From NCBI RefSeq assembly GCF_963921235.1, contig NC_086108.1, positions 101,744,001 to 101,808,000 of the forward strand: 64,000 nucleotides of DNA. The letters are read 5' to 3'. The notes below the pieces were generated by a model. The model had not been told where the DNA came from, ran no database searches, and worked only from the letters and a program-made list of their open reading frames with translations. Shown here piece by piece: positions 25,001 to 40,000 of the stretch (positions are counted from its first letter, which is position 1; every line of letters begins with the position of its first letter). Source of the stretch: Mobula hypostoma. Taxonomy: Eukaryota. The translations under genes were made by a program, and so were the position numbers.

Positions 25001-28000
25001 CTAATACAGTGCCCTGTGGGGCCCGAGTGCTGCTTATAGCCATGTCTGACACAGAGCTCAGAAGCTACACAAATAGTCTGCTGTTCAGATAGTCCATTAT
25101 CCAGGATACAATGGAAGTGCCAACTTGGATTGAATGGAGCTTTCCCGCCAGCAATGAGGGCTGTATGGTATTGAAGACTCTTGAGGAATCAAAAAACACA
25201 ATACTGACAGCGCTGCCCTGTTTATCCAAATGGGAGTAGGCTCTATTCAGCGGGTAGATGACAGCATCGATGACTCCAGTGTGCAAACTGCAGAATGCAG
25301 GGAATCAAGGGCTGGTCTGACCATGTGTCAGATGTAAGCCAGGACCAGCCTCTCTAGAGTCTTCATCATATGTGAGGTTAGGGGCACCGGATGGTAGTCA
25401 TTTAAGACTTTCATTTGGCCCTTCTTGGGTTCTGGGATCACAGATGTTGTTTTCCAGTCTGTCAGGACCCTTTCCAGGCTGAGACTAAGATTGAAAATAC
25501 GCTGGAGAATTCCACACAGCTGCTCAGCACACTCCTTGAGGACCTTAGGGTTCACACCATTGGTCCTGATGCTTTGCTATGTCTGAGAATAAGATGGTAA
25601 AGCTGCCTAACTGTTCACTTTACACACATCAGCCAAAAACCCACCCCATCACTAAGTGAATGTTGACTCTTAATCCAACAGGAATGGTAAACCCACTTCA
25701 ACGTTTTGCATAAATTTGAACCAAATGGTGACCTTATGTTTGTTTCTACACAGAGTAAATGGAAGTAAAATGTTATAGACAAGAAACTGTAGAGCAGGTG
25801 TCCCCAACCTTTTTTGCACTGCGCACCAGTTTAATATTGACAATATTCTTGCGAACCGGCTGACCGGGGGGGGGGGAGGGGGAGGGAGGGAGGGGAGGGA
25901 GAAGAGTAGCAGTCAAATACGTTGTGTTTACCCCAAGAAAGACTACCACAACCATGAAGCCTTGCGCAGGCACCTGTGTGAGCATGCGTGTACATGCCGA
26001 TTTTTTTCTACAAATCGTTTTTGGCGATTCTGTTCAGTGAACCTACACTGTACATAGATTATTTCTACTTCATGTTGGCTGTGTATTTATCATGTCATTC
26101 CTGCTTTTACTATATGTTAGTGTTATGCTAGGTTTTATGTAACACAGCGCATGAATATAGTGATAAGTCAATTATAAGTCACTTATAAGTCAATAGCATC
26201 ATAACATTTTAAGTAACGTTTGGATATTAAACACACAGCACATACTTTCCTCGCATGAACATATACAATCATTGCAACACATATCGCTGAATCAGTGCGA
26301 GCCCTGGGCTTGTTTTCTTGCAACAAGACGGTCCTATCAAGGGGTGATAGGAGACAGCGATGCTCAAAGGGGGTTCCTTATGTCCAGTCTATTCTGCAAT
26401 TTAGTTTTCGTTGCATTCATTGCAGAAAAGCCTGCTTCGCAGATATGTTGGAAATGGAAGCAACGTTTTCAGTGCTTTCGTGGTTATCTCATGATATTTA
26501 GCCTTGACTTTGATCCAGAATGCCGGCAGAGATGTTATGTCAAACATACTTTTCAGCCCACCGTCAGTTGCAAACTCAAGGACTTGACCTTCTTCCCGCG
26601 CTGACACGGGTGACGCGTGCGCTCAAGTTCAACAGTGCATGACAGGGAATGAGGAAAGGTGTAGCTGACTCATATCGCCAAATCATATTGTTTCTTCGCG
26701 GCCCGGTAGCACATGCTTTATGGCCCGGTGGTTGGGGACTGCTGCTGTAGAGCTTCCGCACTGAAGCCACTTTCAAGGATCAAGGATCAAGAATCAAAGT
26801 TCCACTTTATTTGCCATATTCATTTACATATCTGAGGAATTTGCTCTGGTGTGTTGCTCAGGGCACAAAATGCAACAAAAAACAACATTCAACAATTATA
26901 AAGAATAAAGAATTATATAAAAATATTGAATTATACCATATATAAATTTTAAAAACTGATGAAGTTAGAGGTTAAAGGATGAGATGGAATAAAATATCCA
27001 TAAATAAGTAAATAAATACACTCTGTCCGCCAGAAAAAGCAGGATCTCCCAGTGGCCACACATTTTAATTCCACATCCCATTCCCATTCTGATATGTCTA
27101 TCCACGGCCTCCTCTACTGTAAAGATGAAGCCACACTCAGGTTGGAGGAACAACACCTTATATTCCATCTGGGTAGTCTCCAACCTGATGGCATGAACAT
27201 TGACCTCTAACTTCCGCTAATGCCCCACCTCCTCCTCATACCCCATCCGTTATTTATATACACACATTCTTTCTCTCACTCTCCTTCTTCTCCCTCTGTC
27301 CCTCTGACTATACCCCTTGCCCATCCTCTGCGCTTCCCCCCCTCCCCCTTTTCCTTCTCCCTGGGCCTCCTGTCCAATGATCCTCTCGTATCCCTTTTAC
27401 CAATCACCTGTCCAGCTCTTGGTTCCATCCCTCCCCCTCCTGTCTTCTCCTATCATTTTGGATCTCCCCCTCCCACTTTTTAATCTCTTTCTAGCTCTTT
27501 GTTCAGTTAGTCCTGACGAAGGGTCTCGGCCTGAAACGTCAACTGTACCTCTTCCTAGAGATGCTGCCTGGCCTGCTGCGTTCACCAGCAACTTTGATGT
27601 GTGTTGCTTGAATTTCCAGCATCTGCAGAATTCCTTGTGTTTGCGAAAATAAATATCAGCATGCATTTGCAATGTCACTCACACAATTCATCACAATTCA
27701 TCTACACAATTCATTGAATAGCCTGATCATAAAAGACCTTACCCCATTCATGCTTCCTGAAACGTCAAGGACTAAGCAAAGTACACGATCCTTGGCCTGC
27801 AAAAGTGTGAATGTTGGGATGGTTGAGCCAGGGTAGGGTGAAGAAATGCCTCTGAAATCTATTGACTGGCTGATCACATCCCAAGTACTCCTGTAATTGC
27901 ACATTCTGTTCTGCATGTTGGGTGCTTCGGTATTGTGAGTCTTGTCAGAGCAGAATTCAGCTGCCTAGAAAACATATAATGTGTTAAACAGATGAGTAGC

Positions 28001-31000
28001 TAAAAGCAGGTCCTTCCCTAAAGATTACAACTGATCACTGAGACCTATTTCAAATAGGATGGGGATTAATCCTATTTTATACCTGATAGTTATACTTCAA
28101 TCAACATCATAAACAACAGATTACCTGATCAAAGACAGAAATGTGCCTTTTGACCTACCATATCTATGTAGTTTTTTTTCTCTTTTACACTAATCCCATT
28201 TGCCCCCATCTGAACCATATTCTATAAGACCATAAGATATAGGAGCAGAAGTAGGCTATTCAGCCCATCGAGTCTACTCTGCCATTCAGTCATGGGCTGA
28301 TCCAATTCTTCCAGTCATCCCCACTTCTCTGCCTTCTCCCCATACCCTTCGATGCCTTGGCTAATCAAGAAGCTATCTATTTCTGCTTTAAATACACCCA
28401 ATGACTTGGCCTCCACAGCCGCTTGTGGCAACAAATTCCACAGATTTACCGCCCTCTGACTAAAGTAATTTCTCCGCACCTCTGTTTTAAATGGACGTCC
28501 TTCAATCTTGAAGTTGTGCCCTCTTGTCCTAGAAACCCACATGATCTATTCTATTTAAATCTTTTTTATGTGTCTAACATTAGGTGTATTTAAAGTGGTG
28601 ATTGATCGGTATTTAATTAGTAAGGGCATTAACAATTATAGGGAGAAGGTAGGATAATCAGGTTGAAAAAAAATCAATCAGCCGTGATTAAATGGCAGAG
28701 CAAAGTCAAATGACCTAATTCTGCTCCAATTCCTTATGGTGCAATCAGATTTCCAAAAATATTCAGGATTATGAGTTAAGGAATATCCTCTTTAACAAAG
28801 CAAGAGATACTGTGTAGTGAATAAAGATGTTGCCTGGATTGCACTATACTTGCTAAAAAATAGGGTGACACAGTTATGTGAAAGATAGTGCAACACTATT
28901 ACAGTGCCACTGACCCAGGTTCAATTGCCACTGCTTTCTTTAAGGAAGTTGTATGTTCTCCCTGTGATCACATGGGTTTTATTCACATGCTCTGGTTTTT
29001 TCCCACTTTCTGAAGATGCATGGATAAGTAGGTTAATTAGTCATGTGGCGCAAGCTCTTTGGACCAGAAGGGCCTGCTGCTGTGTCGTATCTTGAAATAT
29101 CCAAATATAAACAAATAAGTTTTTAAACATAGGTCAGAAAAACTTGGAGTAGTAGAAGAAAATGCAATAGCATTGTTTAAGAGGTATTTATATAGGCTTG
29201 TAAACTGACCGGAGATGGAAGGATATGGACCACGTGTAGGCAACTGGGATTAGTTTAGATTGGCATCACGGTTGACGTGGACATCATGGACTGAAGCGTT
29301 TATTCCTGTGTTGTGTTGTTCTATCTTCTATGAGTTGCTGCTGGCTTCCAGAGCAATATCATACATCCCATCCCCCTACTTATTTTCCATCTCAAGGGTC
29401 AGGATCAAATACAGATCCATGGAGCTGAGATGCAGCAAGACTACCTGTTGTAGGTGTGTGTTAGAAGTACTTTGTCTGTCAGTTTGATGTCCTAAGTTAT
29501 AGTGATTCAGCATGACCTCTGGACAATTGATCAGGAAGATTGAGTTCTGATTCCACCATGGAAGATGGAAAATATAAGTTTAAGAAATTAAATAAAAATG
29601 TGAAATCAGAACTGGTTCCAATACCAGAACCACGAAGTTCCTGATTTTTTTTAAAATCACTTCTCTCGTTCACTGAAATCCTTCAATGAAGTAAGTCTGG
29701 TGTCGTAATATTGTCTGAGATAGATGTGGCTTCATTCCAAGACTCTTAGGAGAGACTTAACCCAACACCAATCCCATTTTATTCCCCCAACATTCCCATC
29801 AACAGATTCACCTGCTCACTTACACAACAGGAATAATTTAGAATCGCTCTTTAATCAACCAACTATATTAGGACATGGGAGGAAACTGGAGGAGAACATG
29901 TGAACTCCACACATTCCGAGACTGAGGTCAGGTCTGAACTCAGATCACTGGAGTCATGAGGCTGCAGTTCTCCATATCAGGGGCATTTAACAGAGGTATT
30001 ACTAGCTATGATCACATCCCATGCATGAATAAATACCATCATTTGGCAAGAAGGGATGGACGCAGTTGTTAGGGATCCTGACATACCCTGTTCTGTTTGA
30101 AGTGTCAACCATCAGTAAATATCTGTGTGTCATTCAGGAGTGCTTTAATGACTGAGAAGTAAAGTCACATTGGAGAATGTACAAGCAGTAGCTGTAATAC
30201 TGTGAGGTTAAGGTCACTGATGAAGTCACGTTGAAGAATGTACAAGCAGCAGCTATAATACAGTGAGGTTCGGGTCACTAATGAAGTTTGAGTAGATCTG
30301 GTACACGACCAAAGACTCTGGCAAATTTATCACTGATTGCATCATTGTCTGGTATGGAGGTGCCATTCCACAGGAATGGAGAAAGCTGCAGAGGATTGTA
30401 CATTCAGCCAACTTCCTGTGCACCGTCCTCCTCGCCAGTACGAGAAGTCCAAGTGCAATCTCCAGAAAGCCATTTCACGTGTGATGTGGCAATTCCAGAG
30501 CAAACGTAAATCACAAGAGGGTACTCAATAGATGAGAAAGGGCTGAATGCTATCACCTTTTACAAAGTAAAACAATTGACAAATGTGACAAAAAGGTTTC
30601 ACTCTGAAATGAGCTCAATATGTTTTATGTTTGCTATGACCGACAGAACATGGAGGCACCTTCACAAACTCCCACAGTCCCCACTGACCCTGTGAGTCTT
30701 TGAGGCCAACATGGGAGCATCCTTAAGGAGAGTGAACCCACAAAGAGTATCTGGCCCATTCGGTGTACTTGAAGACCTGTGTTAATCAACTGGCTGGAGT
30801 GTTTACTGATATCATTGACCACTAAATTCAGCAGTCTGTGCTACCAAGCTGTTTCAAGCAGTGTTCAGTTATACTGCTTTCTAAGAAGAACGTGGTATCA
30901 AATGCTATTGTCCAATAGCACTTACATCTACTGTGAGAGGTTGATGATGAAACTTGTCAACTCCTGTCTGAGAAGCGACTTGTATCCAATCCAATTTGCC

Positions 31001-34000
31001 TACTGTCTCAGCAGATCAACAGCAGATGCCATTTCATTAACTCTTCACTTAACCTTTGGACATTTGGACAATGAAGATGCATACATAAACATGATCTTCA
31101 CTGACCACAGTTAAAACTATTTTCCCCTCAAAAGTAATCAATAAGCTCCAAGACCTTGGTCTCAGTATGTCCTTGTGCAATTGGATCCTCGATTTCCTCA
31201 CTTGCAGTCCCTGGTCCATTCAGATTAATAACAACATCTCCTCTAGGATCACCAACAGCACAGCTGTACCACAAGGTTGTGTGCTTCACCCACAGCTCTA
31301 CTCACTTTAAACTTATGACTGTGAGGCTAAGTATAGCACCAATGCCATAATTAAGTTTGTTGATGACACCACTAGTCCTGGGAATGACTCTAAGCTGCAA
31401 CCGGTGATGAGGCTCTGCTTGGGGACTTTCAGAGCTTTGGGGAAAGTAGAGTTACCCCTTAGTCATTAATTGCTCCCAGGGCCATTCTGACTCGGAACAG
31501 TAGCACCTGCAAGGGTTCCTGCTCAGGATACGAGCAAAGGCCAACGGCAGATCCGGCAGGTTCAGTAATTGAAGTTATGATGGAGAAGACGGATGAGCTA
31601 GGACCTCAAATATCAATGGCTATAGTACAGGCGGATGAACATTTGGGAAGAGAAATGGCTATTTCTTTAGTTCGCCCAATGGAAGGCAATAGCAAACCAC
31701 TGCTGCTAGATACTAGGTTTCCTAGGATCTATTTGCTAAGAAAACCATGGTCAAACTCTCAAAATGTAACACACAACAGCGTCAAGAGGATCTTCAAGAT
31801 AACTCTGAAGATGTTTCGCTCAGTAGGGTTGATTCTGGCCAGCAGGGGATCCCCGACCGTCATCAAGCTACTGCTCACAAAATTCAAGTAACACAAAAGA
31901 AAATTATTGCCACTTGGAATGTAAGAACCCTATATCAAGCAGGAAGATTGAACAGTGTGATAAATGAAATGGAAAGGCTAAAGATTAACATCATGGGAAT
32001 TAGCAAAGTCCATTGGATAGTTGCTGGAACATGTCAGAATAGAAATAGAACACTAATTTATTCTTGTGGAACATCCCATACTAATGGAGTAGGAATTCTT
32101 ATGGATGAAAACATAGCAAAAAGTGTTTTAGGACATTGGGCAATATCAGAAAGAGTGCTCCTTGTTAGATTTAGAGGACAACCATTTGATTTAGCAATTA
32201 TAGAGCTATATGCACCAACAACAGGTGGAACAAATGAGGATATAGATAAATTCTATGAAGAGCTTGAACAAACAAAGAATGGATGCAAATCTCAAAATAT
32301 TGTTATTGTTTGGGAGATCTAAATGCTAACGTAGGACAAGGTGTTGATGGAAATACCATAGGAAAATTTGGATTAAGGGAAAGAAATGAAAGGGGTGAGA
32401 AATGGGTAGAATGGTGCAAGATGAATAATCAGGTCATTATTAATGCCTACTTTAAAAACCATCCAAGACGCTTGTAGACCTGGAAGAGTCCAGGTAATAA
32501 CACTAGAAATCAAATTGACTTTATTACTATAAAACAAAGATTTAGAAACTCAGTGACTCAAGGCGAAACATATCTAGGTGCAGACTGTAATAGCGACCAT
32601 AACCCAGTAGTATGACATGTAAAAGTAAAACTTAAAAAACTAAAGAAGCAAAAACCTAAACAATCCCTTGACTACTCACAATTAATTAAAGAAAACCCGA
32701 GACAAAAATTTACTATTGAAGTAAGGAATAGATTTTAAAGTCTAGAAATAGAATCTGTTGAAGATGATAGCAATCATGTAGAAATGAAGTTTAACTCTCT
32801 CAAGGATGCCTTGGTAGAATCAGCAAAGTCAATGATTCCTAAAAAAGAAAAAAGCACAAGGAATAAATGGATAACAGATGAAAGCAAAAATCTAATGGAA
32901 GAAGGGAGACGGAAGAAAGCAAATCATATAGAATATAAGTCCTTAGATAAGAAAGTTAAAAGCTTATGTCAAAAAGCCAAAGAAGATGGTTAAACCAGGA
33001 ATGTGAGCAAATAGAAAAAAATCCCTATTACCGATCCAAAAAGGTTACATCAACAAATCAAGAATATCACTGGTAAAAAGCTCCTCTGTTCTTCAGGTGG
33101 ATGTTTGAAAGCAAAGGATGGTACCATTATCATGGAAAAAGATGAGATTATGAACAGATGGACTGAGTATATTCAGGAATTGTTTGAAGACAATCGAGGC
33201 AAAAAACCAGAAATTAAGAAAAACATTGAAGGTCCAGGTCCTGATGAATTAGTAATAGAACAAATTATTGCCCTTGAAGATTATGGAATTGAAAAACTTA
33301 ATCAATGACATTTATGAGACTAGAATAATAACAGAAGAGATGAAAAAAAAAATCAGTATTTATCACTCTTCCTAAGAAACCTGGAGCAATAGAATGTGAA
33401 TTACAAAGGACCATAAGTTTAATGAGTCATATCATCAAGTTACTTCTAAGAATTTTGATGACAAGAGCTAAAAGTAAGATACAAGCTGAAATAGGTAAAG
33501 AACAATGTGGTTTTGTGAAAGACAAAGGTACAAGAAATGCAATATTGATGTTAAGGATACTATCAGAATGAGCTATTCAAGTGCAAAAAGATTTTTTTGT
33601 TTGTTTTATCTACTACACAAAAGAATTTGATAAAATGAAGCACAATAAGTTATTTGAAATATTACAGGAAACTCTAGATCTAGATTCTCCACCTAATCAG
33701 AAATCTGTACTGGGAACAAACTACTGCTGTAAGAATAGATGGAGAAGTGAGTCAGTTTACGAAAATCAAGAGAAGTGTTAGACGAGGGTGTGTTTTCTCC
33801 ACTGATTTATTTAATATGTACAGTGAAGCAATATTACAAAAAATAAGAGACATGTTGGGAACCAAAGTTGACAGTGAAAACATCAATAATTTCAGATATG
33901 CTGATGACACTGTTAATTGCAAGTATGAAGGAAAAACTACAAAACTTAACTGGTATAGTTGCTGAAGAAAGTGCAAAAATGGGTCTATCTATCAAGTATA

Positions 34001-37000
34001 AAAAGACAGAATGTATGGTGTTATCCAAAAAGAAGGAGAATCCTATCTGCAGGCTGAGATGAAACAGGGAAAACATAAAACAATTACAGAACTTTTGCTA
34101 TTTAGGAAGCTGGGTGACATCAGATGGCAGGTGTGACATGAACATCAAAAGAAGAATAGGGATGGTGAAAGACACCTTCACGAGAATGAAGAGTATACTG
34201 ATCAATACTAAACTAGGCATGACAACCCACCTCGGAGTACTGAAATGTTATGTTTATCCAGTTATCTTATATGGCTCAGAATGTTGGACAATATCTAGCA
34301 ACATGAGGAAACGAATTGAAGCAGCAGAGATGTGGTTTTTGAGGAGGATGCAAAGAACATCTTGGATGAAATGAATATCTAATGAAGATGTCATGAACAG
34401 AGCAAACACAACGTAACTTCATTGGACATCGGATTAGGAAAGAGGAGTTAGAATGCACAGTAATTATGTGAAAGATTGAAGGGAAGAAAGCTAGAGGAAG
34501 GCAAAGACAAATGATGATGGAGACAGCAGCCAGAGAACTGGAAATGAATGCCAATGTGTTGTTCCACTTAACCCCTTAACAGGAGTGTGTGGGCCATGGC
34601 AGTCAAAGCTCAAACTAGGCACGGCACCTGATGATGATGATAGTGACTCCACTGTTGTTGGCTGAATCAAAGGTGGTGATGAATCAAAATATAGGAGGGA
34701 AATTGAAATTTTGGATGAATGATGCCACAACAACAACCTCTCACTCAATGTCAGCAAAACCAAAGAGCTGATTATTGACTACAGAGAAGAAATCCAGGGG
34801 TCCATAAGCCAGTCATTAGGGAACCAGTGGTGAAGGTTGTCAGTACTTTAAATTCCTTGGTGCTATCAGTTCAGGGGATCTGTCCGGGGTCCATTATATT
34901 TTAAAGAAGGCACAGCAACACCTCTAATTTCTTAGAAGTTTGTGAACAGTCAGCACAGTTGAGAGCAAATTGACTGGTTGCATTATGGTGTAGTATGGAA
35001 ACACCAATACCCTTGAACAGAAAAGTCTACAAAAGTAGTGGATACAAAAGTATGCGAAGAGCAAGAGGATAAGACATGAGAGAATAGGACCAATCAAGTG
35101 TGACAGTCAAAAAGTGGGTATGGAACCAAAGGAGATAGCAGAGGTATTGAATGAATACTTCGCTTCAGTATTCACTACGGAAAAGATTCTTGGCAATTGT
35201 AGGGATGACTTACAGCGGACTGAAAAGCTTGAGCATATAGATATAAATGAAGAGGATGTGCTGGACCTTTTGGAAAGTATCAAGTTGGATAAGTCAACGG
35301 GACAGGACAGGATGTACCCCAGACTACTGTGCAAGGGAGGAAGTTGCTGAGCCCCTGGCGATGATCTTCACATTATCAATAAGGACAGGAGAGGTTCCGG
35401 AGGACTGGAAGGTTGTGGATGTTGTTCCCTCATTCAAGAATGGGAGTAGAGATAGCCCAGGAAATTATAGGCCACTGAGTCTTACTTCAGTTGATGGAGA
35501 AGATCCTGAGAGGCAGGATTTACAAACATTTGAAGAGGCATAGTCTGATTAGGAATAGTCAGCATGGCTTTGTCAAAGGTAGGTCATGCCTTATGAGCCT
35601 GATTGAATTTTTTGAAGATGTGACTGAACACAGTGATGAAGGTAGAGCCGTAGATGTAGAGTATATGGATTTTAGCAAGGCATTTGATAAGGTACCCCAT
35701 GCAAGGCTTATTGAGAAAGTAAGGAGGCATGGGATCCAAGGGGACATTGCTTTGTGGATCCAGAACTGGCTTGCCCACAGAAGGCAAAGAGTGGTTGTAG
35801 ATGGGTCATATGCTACATGGAGCTCAGTCACCAGTGGTGTGCATCAGGAATATGTTCTGGGACCCCTACTCTTTGTGATCTTTATAAATAACCTGGATGT
35901 GGAAGTGGAGGGATGGGTTAGTAAATTTGCTGATGACACAAAGGTGTCTTGTGGATAGTGTGGAGGGCTGTCAGAGGTTACAGTGGGACATTGTTAGGAT
36001 ACAAAACTGGGTTGAGAAGTGGAAGATGGAGTTCAACCCAGATAAGTGTGAGGTGGTTCATTTTGGTGGGTCAAATATGATGGCAGAATATAGCATTAAT
36101 GGTAAGACTCTTGGCAGTGTGGAGGATCAGAGGGATCTTGGGGTCCGAGTCCATAAGACACTTAAAGCTGCTATGCAGTTTGACTTTGTTGTTAAGAAGG
36201 CATACGGTGCATTGGCCTTCATCAACCATGGGATTGAGTTTAAGAGCCGAGAGGTAATGTTGCAGCTAGATAAGAACCTGGTCAGACCGCACTTGGAGTA
36301 CTGTGCTCAGTTCTGGCCAGCTCACTACAGGAAGGACATGGAAACCATAGAAAGAATGCAGAGGAGATTTACAAGGACATTGCCTGGATTGGGGAGCATG
36401 CCATAGGTTGAGTGAAGTTGGCCTTTTCTCCTTGGAGTGACAGAGGATTAGAGGTGACCCAATAGAGATAATGAGAGGCATTGATCGTGTAGATAGTTAG
36501 AGGCTTTTTCCCAGGGCTAAAATGGCTAGCATGAGAGGGCATAGTTTTAAGGTGCTTGGAAGCAGGTACAGAGGAGACGTCAGGGTAAGTTTTTTTTTTA
36601 CGCAGAGAGAGATGAGTGCGTGGAACGGGCTGCCGGCGACAGTGGTAGAGGCAGAAATGATAAGGTCTTTCAAGAGATTCCTGGATAGGTACATGGAGCT
36701 TAGAAAAATAGAGGGCTTTGGCTAAGTCTAGGTAGTTCTAAGGCAAGGATATGATCAGTACAGCTTTGTGGGCCAAAGGGCCTGTTTGTACTGTAGGTTT
36801 TCTATGTTTGTAATGTCCATTAGAGGTAAAGCCCTCCCCACCATTGAGCACATCTACAAGGAGCACTGTTGCAGGAAAGCAGCATTCATAATCGATTCAG
36901 TCTATGCTCTCCTCTCACTGCTGACATCAGGATGGAGATACAGAAGCCTTAGGTCCCACACCCCCAGGGTCAGGAACAGTTATAACCCATCACTCATCAG

Positions 37001-40000
37001 ACTCCTGAACCAGAGTGAATAACTTCACTCACAACACTGAACTGATTCCACAAAATACAGAGTTACTTTCAAGAACTCTGCAGCTCATGTTCTTGATATT
37101 AATTAATTACTTTGATTTTGCATAATTTGTTTGTCTTTATGTACAGTCTTTCATTGACTGTGTTTCTTTATTCATTTATTGAGACACAGCACAGAATAGG
37201 CCCTCTCACCCTTTGAGTCACATCACCCAGCAAATCCCTGACTTAATCCTAGCCTAATCAAAGGACAATTTACAATGGCCAATTAACCTATCAACTGATA
37301 CATCTTTCAACTGTGGGAGGAAACCCTCATGTTCATGGGGAGAATGTACAAACTGAGGGAATTGATCCTGGGTCACCTGTACTGTAAATCGCTGTGCTAA
37401 CCACTACACTTCTGTGAATGCCCACAAGAAAATGAATCTCAGGGTAGTATCTGGTGGAATATATGTACTTGGTGAATAAATTTACTTTGAACTTTGAATA
37501 GAGGATATCTTCAAAAAGTGCTGCCTAAAGGAGGTGCATTCATCATTAAGAACTTTCACTGTGTAAGACATGCCCCACTTCTCATTATACCCTCCAGGTA
37601 GAAGTTCAGGAGCCTGAAGACCCACACTCCATATTTTAGGACAAGCTTCTTCCACCCCATCTTCATGTTTTGAAATGAACATATAAACACTACTTCACTA
37701 TTTACCTCTTTTTCAATATTGATTTATGTTTATAGCAATTTTTAGGTATTGAAGTGCACTGCTGCTGCAAAACGACAAATTTCGCCACCAATGTCAATGC
37801 TAATAGCCTCTGTCCTTATCCCACCTGGAAAATGGTGCCTCATACACCAGGGTGCTGGTTATTGACTTCAGCTTGGTGTTTAATACAATCATCCCTTGGA
37901 AGCTGATGGGTAATCTGGCCTTGTTGGGTTTCAGCACCTCTCTCTGTAACTGGATCTTGGACTTTTTGACACAAAGACCACAGATAGTCTGTGTTGGCAG
38001 CAACACCTCTAGCTCCAGCACCACCAACCACCCCCGCCCCCCCAAACCCTATGGCTGCATGCTTGGTCTGCTGCTGTTCAGAGTGCTAATCAACTTTTAC
38101 TGGAGCACCATTAGAGTGTCCTGACAAAATGCATCACTATCTGTTACCAGAATTACAAGTCACCTGACCGCAAGACCCTACGAAGGATCGCGAGGACTGC
38201 TAAGATGATGGTTGGGGTCTCTCTTCCAGTCATCTGGAATACTTATGAGTATACAAGGTGCTTGGCATTGTCAAGAGTACCTCCCACCTGTCCCACAAAC
38301 TCTGATTCCTACCATCAGGCAGGAGGCACTAGAGAATTAGGACAAGGACTGTTAGGATGGGAAACAGTCTTTCCCTGGGAGATGGTTGAACTCACTACTA
38401 CCAACATGTTCTCATCACTTATGAAACATCAATATCGTTAAACTTTCTTTTTGACTTGTGTTGTAAATGCACCTTATGCCAAGTTTCAATCTTCTGGAAT
38501 ACATTTTATTATTTGTTAATTTATTTGTGGTAGTACTACTTTGTGTTCTGTGTAAGTTACATGTACTGTGTTGTACACCTTAGTCTGGAGCAACATGGTT
38601 TTGCTTGGCAGGGTACACATGTATACAGTTCAATGACAATAAATTTGAAATTCAAGTAATAAACCCGATTTTGAAGCAGCTGAAGTTAGGTTGACCTGGG
38701 ATATTACTTTGACGATGCTCTACCGTGATCAACTGTGGCTGAGGAACAATCACTGGTACAGAAATTCATCAACATTCAGAATGCAGTCTGGTAACTCCAC
38801 TTACATTTTTCAGTCCTTGATTATACATTACTGAAGATGGTGTACTCTGGTTCTTCTCTGGATAAAATGTACAATATCCATCTGGCAATCCTGTTTTTTT
38901 ATTAATGGTACAGTCTAAACAGTCACCTTCACTACAATCTTTGACCAGTCCTTCTACCTCCTTTGAACACCTGAAAGACCAATAACAAAAATAAATCAGA
39001 TTTGTTTCTGAGTGACAGTTTTATAATTAACCATTGAGAAATTGTTTCCAGCTTTATTAGAAAAGGCCAAGAATTGGAATTTCCCTCAGGTGGGAGGTAC
39101 ACATAGAACACAGAAGAGCTCAGCACAGGAACAAATCCCATCTGTCTGCACATGATCTCTATCCCCTCCAATGCCCTCCTGTCTCCAAGGTCACTATTGT
39201 ATCTGCTTCTACCAGTTTCCCTGCAAAGTATTCTAGGCACCTACCATTCTGTGTAAAAAATCTTAATTCACACATCCCCTTCGAATGTTCTCCCTCAAAC
39301 CTTAAATCTGTGCTCTATTAATTGAAATGTTCACCCTTGGAAAAGAGTGACAATCTACCTTATCTATGCAACATGCACACAAAATGCTTCAGGAACTCAC
39401 AGGTCAGGCAGTATCTATGCAGGGATGTAAACTTTGGATGGTTTTGGCCAAGACACTTTATCATGTCCAATAAAGGTGTCCCACAAGACAGTGAAGCAGA
39501 ATTAGCCATATGACCCATCAAGTCTGCTCCAGTATTCTATCCTGGCTCTTTTAATATCCCTCTCAACCCCATTTTCTCGTGGCTTTTGGTGTTCTTACTC
39601 ATCAAGAACCTATGAATCTCCACTTTAATTATACTTAATGAATCTGCGTGTGGCAATGATTCAACAGATACATCTCCCTCTGGCTAAAGAGATTCCTATT
39701 TATCTCTATTCTAATTTCATGGCAACATACACAAGATGCTGGAGGAACTCATCAATTTTGCTCTCAAAACTTCAACTGCTTACCCTTTTCCATAGATGCT
39801 ACCTGGCTTGCTGTATAGCTTTGGACTCCAGCATCTTCAGATTTTTGTGTTTGTAATTTTAATTTCATAGTTTTGAATCAAGAACCTATCAACATCCACT
39901 TTAAGTATATCCAATGACATGGCCTCCACAGCTATCTGTGGCAACATCGGCCTGAAATATAAACTGTTTCATTTTCACCACAGATGCTGCCTGACCTGCT

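Noticed and set aside
30161..30287. Repeat array resembling CRISPR
   Set aside because: Two adjacent imperfect copies with no spacers, in eukaryotic DNA.
31374..31560. HDV-like ribozyme at the RTE 5' end
   Set aside because: Plausible for RTE elements, but I could not identify the nested double pseudoknot by eye.
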